A stretch of 46,008 bases of DNA, taken from the IMG/VR virus record IMGVR_UViG_3300002301_000027, positions 1-46,008 of that record. One strand, 5' to 3'. The notes beneath the pieces are model-generated. The model was not told where the DNA came from and made no database searches. It worked only from the letters and a program-made list of their open reading frames with translations. The number at the start of each line of letters is the position of its first letter. Position 1 is the first letter of the stretch. Made by a program: the position numbers and the translations under genes. The DNA is from a virus (Duplodnaviria > Caudoviricetes). Positions 37,259-45,359 of the stretch are shown piece by piece.

Positions 37259-38647
37259 TCAACCGTTAGCTGCGACGTCCTTGTCGCATTCGTTGCACAC
37301 AAAATTCCACTCGTCGATGAACTCGTGGACGTCTTTCAAGTCGTACTCCCCCACGTTACACCAAGCACAGGTCCTGTTGGTATTTGCATCGAACTCCGTC
37401 TCGGAATACTCCGATCCCGTCTTCCGGTCGGTGATGTACCAGACACCTCCGAGTTTACGGAGGTCGATGTTAGGCGAGATCTCCTCCGAGCCACTTCGAT
37501 AACGCTGAAGACGCGCGTTTGACTGCCCTCCTCTGTTGGTTGTAAGAGAGCTTATCAAACTTAATACGGGACGGGAGCCCTTCGTCTTGGCAGATTCCGT
37601 CGAAGAATTCGATGCCGTCGGTAAAGCCGAGGGAGTTACACAATCCATCCGAGAGGCGGCGGAGATATCCTCCGTAGTTGTCTCCTCTTTCGGCAGACTT
37701 GAGTTCGGCTTTGATCGAACGGGTGATTGAATTTCTCGTAGGGGCAGTCTTGGAAGCTGCCGTACTCCGCCTACCCGAGTCGTGAGATCTTCCAGAAGAA
37801 ATCCCGGAGTCCCCCCGCGAAAAGGGCTGTTGACGCCGCTCCCTCCTTGATTGGTACGACCCGCCAAGGAGTCTTGCCTTCGGTAGTGGGTATTAGAATA
37901 CCCGCCAGTGGTCGTAAAATTTTCGATACTCTTACCCACGATCTTGCGAGGAGCCGTAGCTTTGAACCCGTCGTGTTTCGAGACCTCGAACGACCATAGC
38001 TCGTCGACTGCGAGTTTGCACGTACTGAAACCCGAATCGAGTGTCGCGAGTTCGATCTGCCGACCGACGACGCCATGAAGCATCCACGGTTCAGACGCCC
38101 AGAACATCAACTTCTTGTCTTTCGACCAAGCGAAGTACAGAGGTCGTTCCTCGTTGCGGAGGAAGTTGACCGTGTTATTCCTCCGGTCCCACCAGACGAG
38201 AGTGTAAGCCCCTTGGACTTCGGGGATCAACTCCTCGACACCTCTCTCGGAGAGTTGAGAGATCAACCAGTCGCTGTCGACTTTGTACCCGTCACTCGTC
38301 CGGTCTCGACGCCAAGAGTGGTTGAGCGTGCCGTTGTGGACACCGATGACGTGTTCGTGGTCGAACGGGTGGGCATTCTGATGGGTGTTCTCACCCATAG
38401 TTTTCGCTCGACAGTGCCCGATGAGGATCTTGCTGTTGAACCGGTCGATGTTCTTGTCCCAAGACTTCAGATCGAAAAGTTTGTCGGGTGTTCCCACAGT
38501 CTTGGCCCAGCCGACGCTGTTGTCCGCTCCTATACTGATAGCCCCCGTGGCGTCACGACCACGTACTTGACACGCGACGAGCATGTCCTTGAATACCTCA
38601 CGTTCTTTGACGTTGATATTCCCTGCGATTCCGACTATACCACACAA
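37259..38647 (-). CDS. Class II (Ntn) glutamine amidotransferase with C-terminal Zn finger
   Basis: A TTG start gives M-CGIVG; motifs RG.DATG, GHCRAKT, NAHPF and HNGT. Confidence 0.9.
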   Translation of the reverse strand: MCGIVGIAGNINVKEREVFKDMLVACQVRGRDATGAISIGADNSVGWAKTVGTPDKLFDLKSWDKNIDRFNSKILIGHCRAKTMGENTHQNAHPFDHEHVIGVHNGTLNHSWRRDRTSDGYKVDSDWLISQLSERGVEELIPEVQGAYTLVWWDRRNNTVNFLRNEERPLYFAWSKDKKLMFWASEPWMLHGVVGRQIELATLDSGFSTCKLAVDELWSFEVSKHDGFKATAPRKIVGKSIENFTTTGGYSNTHYRRQDSLAGRTNQGGSGVNSPFRGGTPGFLLEDLTTRVGGVRQLPRLPLREIQSPVRSKPNSSLPKEETTTEDISAASRMDCVTPSALPTASNSSTESAKTKGSRPVLSLISSLTTNRGGQSNARLQRYRSGSEEISPNIDLRKLGGVWYITDRKTGSEYSETEFDANTNRTCAWCNVGEYDLKDVHEFIDEWNFVCNECDKDVAANG

Positions 38648-38676
38648 AGGCAATTCCTTTCAAGCAGTTACAAAAG

Positions 38677-39408
38677 TCAAGCGACTTTTCGTTCTCGGGG
38701 ATTGACGGCGTACCAGTCAGTCATCACCGCTTCGAGCTTCGAGAGTGTCCAAGACCGGTACTCTGGAGTGCCGATTTCTGGATGTCCTTGTACGAAGAAG
38801 CAAGGAGTCTCGGGATAGTACCCCGCCTCGATTTCCAGCTCTGTGTGATCGCCAGACAGGAGGATTTCCTCGCCTTGCGCCTTGAACCGAGTCGAGATCT
38901 GACGGGTCGTACAGGCGACGACGACGAGACGGTTGTTGTTCCGCAGCATCTGGTGATGGATGCTAGTCGCCATGACGACGTGGCCCGTCTCGAGATCGAC
39001 GATGGAGTGTTCGTTGCCGTGACCTGAGACGTCCTGCCAGAGCCGTCCTCCATTCATGGCGTGTAGGAACTGGGCACCTCGGCAGATACCGAACATGAAC
39101 TTGTTCCGTTCGACGCAGTGGTGATAGATCTTGACCTCTTCGGCGTCCCTGTCGTCGGACCATCCGTATGTCCCGGCTGGCTTCTCGTTGTACAGTGACG
39201 GATTGATGTCGCCACCACCAGAGAAGACGACTACGTCGGCGTCTTCGTAAGTCTTCGCGGGGTAGCAGCCTGCCTCGATCATAAGGGCACGGATACTGCC
39301 CGTAAAAGCCCCGTTAGTTACGTACACCGACTGCCCGAGCGAAGGCATTACCGTGCTCTTGTACGGTATCAGTGACTCCTGTACCCGGCGTGCTGAGAGT
39401 TTCGCCAT
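38677..39408 (-). CDS. Class I glutamine amidotransferase / peptidase C26 (gamma-glutamyl hydrolase-like); start uncertain
   Basis: SGGGDINP, GICRGAQ, SIHHQ, QGHPE. Confidence 0.88.
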   Translation of the reverse strand: MAKLSARRVQESLIPYKSTVMPSLGQSVYVTNGAFTGSIRALMIEAGCYPAKTYEDADVVVFSGGGDINPSLYNEKPAGTYGWSDDRDAEEVKIYHHCVERNKFMFGICRGAQFLHAMNGGRLWQDVSGHGNEHSIVDLETGHVVMATSIHHQMLRNNNRLVVVACTTRQISTRFKAQGEEILLSGDHTELEIEAGYYPETPCFFVQGHPEIGTPEYRSWTLSKLEAVMTDWYAVNPRERKVA

Positions 39409-40318
39409 CGGATCGGGCTGGAGCGGAGGGAGTTTTAATTCGGGTGGCGGCGTAATAAATGTCGAGGAGGAAGGGGAGGGCGTGTTCATTAAACTCGTTC
39501 CTTCTGATAGCGTTGAAATTGCTTGTACTCTCGATGGCGAAAGGTGAGAGAGACTTCTTGACGCCACGACCCTTCATGATGGCGTCCTTGTTCTTCGTGA
39601 AACAAACTGAGAGCCAAGACACATCCTGTGGCTTGCACGTTCCGGTCTTCTCCCAGACGTAGACGCCGTTATAGAACGAAGACGGTTTGTTTGTCGGACG
39701 GTTGACCTTGTCATCGACGTAGCTCACCGCGTCACCCGCGAAGAAGTTCTTCAAACCATCGACAGAGAGACAGGACACGAGTGAGTGTGACGAACGGAAC
39801 GCGACGTTTGTCGTGTCCCATTGAGTGTCCTTCAACATCGTCGTACTCGACACGACGAGGAGAGCGACTAGAGGAGGTACACCACGACTGATGAAGTCGT
39901 CGAACTGTCCTTGCATCCACGGACCATTTCCCTCACCCGACTGTCGGGCGAAGATGTTCAGGCAGTTTTGGAAGGGATAATAGAGATCTCCCGTCACTGC
40001 GATGAAACCATCTTCTTGGAACGTGTCACGGTTGAGAATGAACCTGCCGAACGGACTGTCTCGGACGAAGTATTCGTACAGTCCGTCCATTTGTCCGGGG
40101 TTGATGGACGTGGCACACATCTCGAACATACCACTGTTTTGGAGACGACCGTGACACGGCTGACTCCTGTAAGCGTCGAGGATGACTCCACCCTCCGGGC
40201 TTCGCCGAGACACCGTGAAATTGATACCTGTCTTGGGTAACTCGCCCTTCTGCGATCTGAGGAGTTCGAGACCTTCCAGCCCAATATCAGGATCGAAGGG
40301 GATTTCACTGACTTTCAT
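39314..40318 (-). CDS. Hypothetical protein
   Basis: 334 aa ORF with an AAGGA RBS. Confidence 0.75.
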   Translation of the reverse strand: MKVSEIPFDPDIGLEGLELLRSQKGELPKTGINFTVSRRSPEGGVILDAYRSQPCHGRLQNSGMFEMCATSINPGQMDGLYEYFVRDSPFGRFILNRDTFQEDGFIAVTGDLYYPFQNCLNIFARQSGEGNGPWMQGQFDDFISRGVPPLVALLVVSSTTMLKDTQWDTTNVAFRSSHSLVSCLSVDGLKNFFAGDAVSYVDDKVNRPTNKPSSFYNGVYVWEKTGTCKPQDVSWLSVCFTKNKDAIMKGRGVKKSLSPFAIESTSNFNAIRRNEFNEHALPFLLDIYYAATRIKTPSAPARSDGETLSTPGTGVTDTVQEHGNAFARAVGVRN

Positions 40319-40336
40319 AAGAAGATCCTTTCTCAG

Positions 40337-41530
40337 TTAGGCGGCGATGACAGTTTCTGTAGACTCTTCAATTACGCCGTCAATCGTTGCCGTGTCGATA
40401 CGGACATAAGACCGGACACGAGGCCAGCGCTGGCGGGCTTGTTCCTCAGTTTCGAAAGGACCTGCCAGATCACCAGTACGGCGGAGGGCGAAGAACTCAG
40501 TCCGTGTCTCGACGACAGGATCGGGTACAGCGACGGGTTCAGCGGCAGGGACGAGAACAGCTTCGTCCAAGACCTGCTGAGGCATAGGACCTGTTTCATA
40601 GACGAACCGATTGGGGAAAAACTCCCGGGGATGTCCTTCGTCATCGAAACGAACAAGTACGGAGTTGTCTCGGACGCGCTCGACAACTCCTTCCCGATTG
40701 TGGGCACGTGGAGAAGTCCCGAGGCCTTCACGATGGACGTAGCGGACACGGAGGCCTACCCGGACTGTCTCACGAGACAAGTACTCCGTCGACCAGACAG
40801 TCTGAGGTTCTTGTACGACTTCTTCGACAGGGGCGGCGTCTTCCTGCCGACGGACCATCCTGATCGCACCCCTTGTAGTTCCTTCCCGACCGCCGAAAGA
40901 GCCGTCTCCGAAGTAAAACGCCCAATTGTCTCCTCTCTCTATCGGATATCCGTCAGGAAGTCTGACAGGAAGACTTCCGGGAAGTCCGTCATCGATGAAT
41001 GACACGACGACGTAGTTTTCTCGGACCCTATCGATATGAAGGGGCTCTCCTGTGTGGAATTCGAGGAGGGTGTCTCGATTCTCAATCCAGTTTTCTGGCA
41101 GGACGATAGGGGGCGGGGCAGGAAGTACAGGAAGAGGTTGAGTCGGTACGGCAGGAACTGCGTCGACATTGAAAGCGAGGGAAGCGGGTGAGATGTCCTC
41201 CCTCGTCATGACGCGGTGGAAGACGTTGCAGTACCGCCCCGTGTTGCTGTTCCGAAACCGGGTCTGAAGGACGAAGCCTCGAGTCGCAAGGATTACGGCC
41301 CAACCGCCTGCGTCAAGGACAGAACGATGAAACCGATATAGTGAGGAGGGAGATGGGTTGAGTTGACGATCAGTCAGGACGGCTTCGAGGAGACGATTTC
41401 CGGGAGCGCCATGATCTCGGCTGTTGTCGTGCAGGTACAGCACCCTGTCGAAGTCGGCGAGAGTCGCGTCGTCGAACGTATGGACGTGGGAGATGCCACA
41501 GCAGACGGCACCGTGTTGGACGTATTCCAT
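40337..41530 (-). CDS. Multi-domain hypothetical protein (possible SH3/KOW-like segment)
   Basis: 397 aa with an AAGGA RBS; pattern VGLRVRY...GVVERV...VLVRFDD. Confidence 0.7.
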   Translation of the reverse strand: MEYVQHGAVCCGISHVHTFDDATLADFDRVLYLHDNSRDHGAPGNRLLEAVLTDRQLNPSPSSLYRFHRSVLDAGGWAVILATRGFVLQTRFRNSNTGRYCNVFHRVMTREDISPASLAFNVDAVPAVPTQPLPVLPAPPPIVLPENWIENRDTLLEFHTGEPLHIDRVRENYVVVSFIDDGLPGSLPVRLPDGYPIERGDNWAFYFGDGSFGGREGTTRGAIRMVRRQEDAAPVEEVVQEPQTVWSTEYLSRETVRVGLRVRYVHREGLGTSPRAHNREGVVERVRDNSVLVRFDDEGHPREFFPNRFVYETGPMPQQVLDEAVLVPAAEPVAVPDPVVETRTEFFALRRTGDLAGPFETEEQARQRWPRVRSYVRIDTATIDGVIEESTETVIAA

Positions 41531-41531
41531 G

Positions 41532-41663
41532 TCATTTCCTTCTTTTGTTGATACCGATTTTGGGTGAGTACAAGTATATACAGGTCAGGACGAAGCAATA
41601 GCCGAAGTAGACTACGTAACCACATCCAAACCAGATGAGAATGGTGGATGGGGAGGGGAGCAC
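41532..41663 (-). CDS. 43-aa membrane peptide
   Basis: AAGGAG RBS, GTG start, hydrophobic core and basic tail. Confidence 0.5.
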   Translation of the reverse strand: MLPSPSTILIWFGCGYVVYFGYCFVLTCIYLYSPKIGINKRRK

Positions 41664-41830
41664 GAGGTATTCTCCTTGGGTCTGAGATCCAACGCTTTCA
41701 GTGCAGAGAGGCATCGGGCACGGACAGCCGTACTATCCCCCGGGTTGAAGAAGCAGAAGAGGAGGCAGTCGACTGCGACTCTCTCCTGTCGAGGTGTCAG
41801 TCTCGATTGGCGGTCTGACAGACACTTCAT
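41612..41830 (-). CDS. Hypothetical protein (MKCLSDRQ...)
   Basis: ATGA overlap with the upstream peptide. Confidence 0.45.
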   Translation of the reverse strand: MKCLSDRQSRLTPRQERVAVDCLLFCFFNPGDSTAVRARCLSALKALDLRPKENTSCSPPHPPFSSGLDVVT

Positions 41831-41916
41831 AGGAGTGGTCCAACGAACAGGAAACAGGACAGGCAGAGCATTGTCGCCCATAGCAGGACAAGAAACAGTG
41901 GTTGACGTGGGGACAT
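41827..41916 (-). CDS. 29-aa hydrophobic peptide (MSPRQPLFLVLLWATMLCLSCFLFVGPLL)
   Basis: AGGAG RBS; first ORF after the promoter at 41987. Confidence 0.55.
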   Translation of the reverse strand: MSPRQPLFLVLLWATMLCLSCFLFVGPLL

Positions 41917-41931
41917 CGCCAGTACTCCTAG

Positions 41932-41987
41932 GGGTTATCAACCCGCTATCTATATAGATATTATATCATACTTCCAGATTTTGTCAA
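41932..41987 (-). promoter_or_regulatory. Sigma70 promoter upstream of the amidoligase operon (class B)
   Basis: TTGACA-16-TATAAT, a 14-bp palindrome TATCTATATAGATA, and GGGTT-GAT-AACCC. Confidence 0.85.
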
Positions 41988-42065
41988 GGGGAAAATACTA
42001 AGTCCTTGATATTCCTCAGTATGACGTTGCGCGGGGAGTGGGAAATTCTCTCTCTGTCGTGCGCG

Positions 42066-42275
42066 TCAGGCAGGAGGTGTCAGGATGAACAGAATGATAG
42101 AAAAGAAGAACACCCAAACCGAAAAAGAACAGATTTTTTCGATCCGTTCGTTGAACTTTTTGTTGAGATGACCGAGTGTCCAAACAACATAGAGAGAGAA
42201 CATCGTCACGACACAGCCCCAGACCCACATAATACTGATGGCTGATGTGTGGAGGTTTGAGACAAGGTAATGCAT
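42066..42275 (-). CDS. Two-TM membrane protein
   Basis: Starts MHYLVSNL with an AGGA RBS; two hydrophobic segments. Confidence 0.55.
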   Translation of the reverse strand: MHYLVSNLHTSAISIMWVWGCVVTMFSLYVVWTLGHLNKKFNERIEKICSFSVWVFFFSIILFILTPPA

Positions 42276-42285
42276 CGGAAGTATC

Positions 42286-42645
42286 CTATTTTGGAGGATT
42301 GGTCTGACGGTCAAGCCATGCAGATAGGGCGTTGAAAGCCTTTTTCGCAAGTGGTGTCTGGATTGCTTGTTCGCCCATCTCTGACGCGGCAATGGCGTAG
42401 ACTGTGTCTTTCGAAGGTACGACAGCAGACAAGACGGCGGACACGAGTGCGGCAGAGACAAAGAAGTACCCGATTTTTCGCCAAAAAGGTGCAAAGTTTT
42501 CATTCGGGTTATCTGATTTCCACATAAGGGAGGTGAAAACCCAAAAGGCGACGCCGATGACAGAGAGTACGACAAACGCCTGAAACATCTCTTGGAGATT
42601 ACCAGAGACTTCGGCGGCGTACAGAAGCCAAGACAAGTTGTTCAT
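42286..42645 (-). CDS. Membrane protein, two TM segments
   Basis: AGGT RBS; motif PSKDTVYAIAASEMGE after the TM segments. Confidence 0.75.
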   Translation of the reverse strand: MNNLSWLLYAAEVSGNLQEMFQAFVVLSVIGVAFWVFTSLMWKSDNPNENFAPFWRKIGYFFVSAALVSAVLSAVVPSKDTVYAIAASEMGEQAIQTPLAKKAFNALSAWLDRQTNPPK

Positions 42646-42678
42646 GGTTCACCTATTGTAGTTGGAGAGAGGCGCGAG

Positions 42679-42984
42679 TCACGGCTTGCGACTCCCCGGC
42701 CGTGTCATCGAGGCTTGGACGTCCACGGAACTCCCGTCGAATTCACGAAGGCGAATTTCGAGACGGGTCAGAGTACGTCGCAACGACCGTCCACCGGGCT
42801 GCGTCTTGCCACTCCGGGTTCGAGGAGGTTGCGACGTACTCGCCTCGCGCTTCCCTTGCGAGTCGCGCTTGCCGAGACCACGGTCTTCACGATCCTTGAC
42901 TGGGTAACCGAAGTCACGCAGCGTCCGGGGTGTTGCATACTTGAGATTGCCCGCACAGAGGGGTGACGAGTGCTGCAAGGTCAT
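42679..42984 (-). CDS. Basic hypothetical early protein
   Basis: AAGGA RBS before MTLQH. Confidence 0.5.
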   Translation of the reverse strand: MTLQHSSPLCAGNLKYATPRTLRDFGYPVKDREDRGLGKRDSQGKREASTSQPPRTRSGKTQPGGRSLRRTLTRLEIRLREFDGSSVDVQASMTRPGSRKP

Positions 42985-43113
42985 TTTCTGTTCCTTTGTT
43001 GAAGGGTAGGCCTTTTGTAGAACATGCCTAGGTTCCGTAACGACATAGCTGGACCCACGGTCGTGCTGGAGGTTGTTACGATTCCCCAGAGGAATCACGC
43101 GACAGTCTTACGA

Positions 43114-43284
43114 CTAGCCGTGCATGACACGTTCTGGGTTATCGGGGTTGATCTTGTACGCCTTGACGTCCAGCGACGGATTGACGGAGAGAGTCTTCTG
43201 GATGAATGACAGGTGCCGCCGGATGCCTTCGTCAGTCGCGACGCCTTGGTCAATCAGGGATTGCCGAAGCGAGAAGAGTTTCAT
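43114..43284 (-). CDS. Hypothetical early protein
   Basis: AAGGA RBS before MKLFSLRQ. Confidence 0.55.
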   Translation of the reverse strand: MKLFSLRQSLIDQGVATDEGIRRHLSFIQKTLSVNPSLDVKAYKINPDNPERVMHG

Positions 43285-43285
43285 C

Positions 43286-43456
43286 TCAAATCCTTTCATG
43301 AAAGACGAAAGAGAACGGGCCGAAGTCGTATATCGCTCGGATAGTTGACAAGGAAGACGTGAACCTCGTCACACCGAACTGCCAGCACTTAGCAGACACC
43401 CAGAAGATTACCTCGAACCGACGGAACTTCCGTACGTAATGCTTCATGACGTTCAT
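43286..43456 (-). CDS. 56-aa hypothetical protein absent from the ORF track (MNVMKHYVRKF...)
   Basis: ATGA overlap with the upstream gene; fills the gap. Confidence 0.5.
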   Translation of the reverse strand: MNVMKHYVRKFRRFEVIFWVSAKCWQFGVTRFTSSLSTIRAIYDFGPFSFVFHERI

Positions 43457-44109
43457 GGTCGTGTCTCCAACATCGAGAGAAAAGCCACGGCAGGGACATC
43501 CATTTCGATTAGGATGTCCTCAGCGATCTTAGCCGATAGTGTGAGTATTTCGTCACGAGCAGCAGCATCAGCAGCAGTATAAGCAGCAGCAGCAGCAGCA
43601 GCATCAGCAGCATAAGCAGCAGCAGCAGCAGCACGAGCAGCCTCAGAAACACGAGCAGCAGCAGCAGCAGCACGAGCAGCCTCAGCAGCAGCACGAGCGT
43701 CTTCAAGTGTCGTTACGTTCTCACAAGCCTTGGCGTGGGCGTGTAGTCCTGCCAACGACAGAACTCGCGGCAATAATATCTGTATGGTTCGCAGTGTGAG
43801 GAGTTTCGAGAAGTGTACTTCGTCGAAACCTTCTTTTGTCCCGAGTTGTAGTACTGCGAGACGCCGCATACCTTTCGCGCGAGCATCGTTCGAACTCCAC
43901 GAAGAATCGTTGAGACGGATTTTGAACGAACGAATCACGCTGTTGACACAAGTTGGTTCGTCGGAGTGCTTCATCCCTAGGGCGTAGCAAACAGCCGCTT
44001 CGACACACATCTGACCGGGTACGGGGTTACCTAGGCCGCGTGAAAGACCAGCATCGACAGTCGCGATGACGCGAGAGACGAGCGTAGGGGTGAGTTTGAA
44101 TTCTGACAT
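43453..44109 (-). CDS. Hypothetical protein with Ala-rich repeat
   Basis: GAGG RBS; CVEAAVC..H.D.P.CV motif; poly-Ala region. Confidence 0.75.
   Translation of the reverse strand: MSEFKLTPTLVSRVIATVDAGLSRGLGNPVPGQMCVEAAVCYALGMKHSDEPTCVNSVIRSFKIRLNDSSWSSNDARAKGMRRLAVLQLGTKEGFDEVHFSKLLTLRTIQILLPRVLSLAGLHAHAKACENVTTLEDARAAAEAARAAAAAARVSEAARAAAAAAYAADAAAAAAAYTAADAAARDEILTLSAKIAEDILIEMDVPAVAFLSMLETRP
43556..43698. repeat. Imperfect (GCA)n trinucleotide tract
   Basis: Runs of GCAGCAGCA interrupted by ACGA, TCA and ATAA units. Confidence 0.9.
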
Positions 44110-44111
44110 TT

Positions 44112-44201
44112 TTACCTCTTGAGCCAAGCGAGGAACGGATCGACGAGGCGGACGAACAGGTAAGACAGGACGAAAGCGTAAAAGAAGAATGTCACCACCA
44201 C
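44112..44201 (-). CDS. 29-aa membrane peptide (MVVTFFFYAFVLSYLFVRLVDPFLAWLKR)
   Basis: AGGAG RBS and GTG start; fills the gap. Confidence 0.55.
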   Translation of the reverse strand: MVVTFFFYAFVLSYLFVRLVDPFLAWLKR

Positions 44202-44214
44202 GGCTTGTCTCCTG

Positions 44215-44248
44215 AAAAAAGTGAGCAGTTTCTTGACGTGCTCAGGTC
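44215..44248 (-). terminator. Terminator-like hairpin / H-type pseudoknot with U-run
   Basis: The - strand reads GAC-C-TGAGCA-C-GTC-AAGAAAC-TGCTCA-C-TTTTTT. Confidence 0.55.
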
Positions 44249-44260
44249 GGCCGGCAGAGG

Positions 44261-44926
44261 TTAGGCCGCGCGGGCTTCGGTCATCCCGGAAAGCTCGACG
44301 ACCGTGTCGGTCGAAGGTGTGTCGATGGTGTCATTCGAGACAGTCGCCGGGGCTTCGACCCGGTCAAAAGTCAGGCCAGCGAGCTTCTGTGCCATCGCCT
44401 TTGCAGACGGGACATCCGCCGGGGCGATCTTGTCATCAGCGAGCTTCTTTTCGATAGTCGTGGAGAGACGCGAGACGAGCGCGAGAAGCTTCTTCCAGTC
44501 ATATTCTTCCTGAGAACGCTTCTCCTCGACGACATCCCAGAATGGGACCGTATTGGCCGATTCGACGTCCCACCACGAGAGCTTCTCGATGTTGCCGACA
44601 GCCTTTTGTTCCGCCGTCATGGTTTCGAGAACAAGCGCCTTATACTCCGTGGCGTATTCACACTTCCCGGTCTTTTCATTGATCCGGATTGGTGTAAACT
44701 TCTTGTACCACGCAATCATCTGAGTGCCCCACGAACCCGGCATGGCGCGGACAAGCTCGATTGCGAGAGTGCAATCGCCAGTCCCCGAACAGTCGGGAAT
44801 GTCGCTTGGCGCGGCATGACGAAAGATCATCATGGCGATGTCGTGGGCATGTTGCCGGAGAGCGTCACGCGAAGTCGTGAATTTCGCAATCTGAGCAACG
44901 ATTTGCTTACGGGTCATCTTTGACAT
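44261..44926 (-). CDS. Hypothetical early protein
   Basis: AAGGA RBS; HA...GDCT.A..LV.AMP pattern. Confidence 0.75.
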   Translation of the reverse strand: MSKMTRKQIVAQIAKFTTSRDALRQHAHDIAMMIFRHAAPSDIPDCSGTGDCTLAIELVRAMPGSWGTQMIAWYKKFTPIRINEKTGKCEYATEYKALVLETMTAEQKAVGNIEKLSWWDVESANTVPFWDVVEEKRSQEEYDWKKLLALVSRLSTTIEKKLADDKIAPADVPSAKAMAQKLAGLTFDRVEAPATVSNDTIDTPSTDTVVELSGMTEARAA

Positions 44927-45014
44927 AGGTTTATCCTTCATAGAAGGTGACACCTAACGAACCTAGGTTCACTAGGTGAGTGGACCATACCACCGATTGC
45001 CCCTGTCATTCTTG

Positions 45015-45353
45015 TTAAAGATAGCCTTTCGCTTTTCTAGCTAGGGCACGTTCGGCACGTTCTTTATCGGCACGTCGTTTATTGACTTCATTGACGATGG
45101 CTTGCCGTTGATGGAAGTTATACCTGCCTTTGTTCTTTCGCTTGCCGTTGATAGGCGACTTGTTCGCATGAAGCTTGGCAAGAGCGTCTTTTTCATCGGG
45201 CGTAAGGAAAGGGCCAGTATCTGCTATTTCGGCTGCCTTGGCAGGGACAAAGAAGCGTTTACCGCCTCGTGTCTCTATCTTGCCTAGCCTTTCAGTGACG
45301 CGGGTTTGAGGTGACATTCTTGTATAAGTCGGATATTCTTTGATTGAAGTCAT
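45015..45353 (-). CDS. Basic hypothetical early protein
   Basis: GGGGA RBS; Lys/Arg-rich. Confidence 0.65.
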   Translation of the reverse strand: MTSIKEYPTYTRMSPQTRVTERLGKIETRGGKRFFVPAKAAEIADTGPFLTPDEKDALAKLHANKSPINGKRKNKGRYNFHQRQAIVNEVNKRRADKERAERALARKAKGYL

Positions 45354-45359
45354 GTTATT

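Noticed and set aside
36505-38818. Long + strand ORFs (242 and 247 aa) opposite the ligase and GATase genes
   Set aside because: Antisense shadows of well-supported genes.
43509-43706. Poly-Leu ORF that looks like a membrane protein
   Set aside because: An alternative frame of the GCT repeat inside the Ala-rich gene.
44951-44978. GAAC-N4-GTTC resembling a Gram-positive LexA box
   Set aside because: It is the core of a longer hairpin (CACCTA...TAGGTG), and the spanins indicate a Gram-negative host. More likely an RNA stem.
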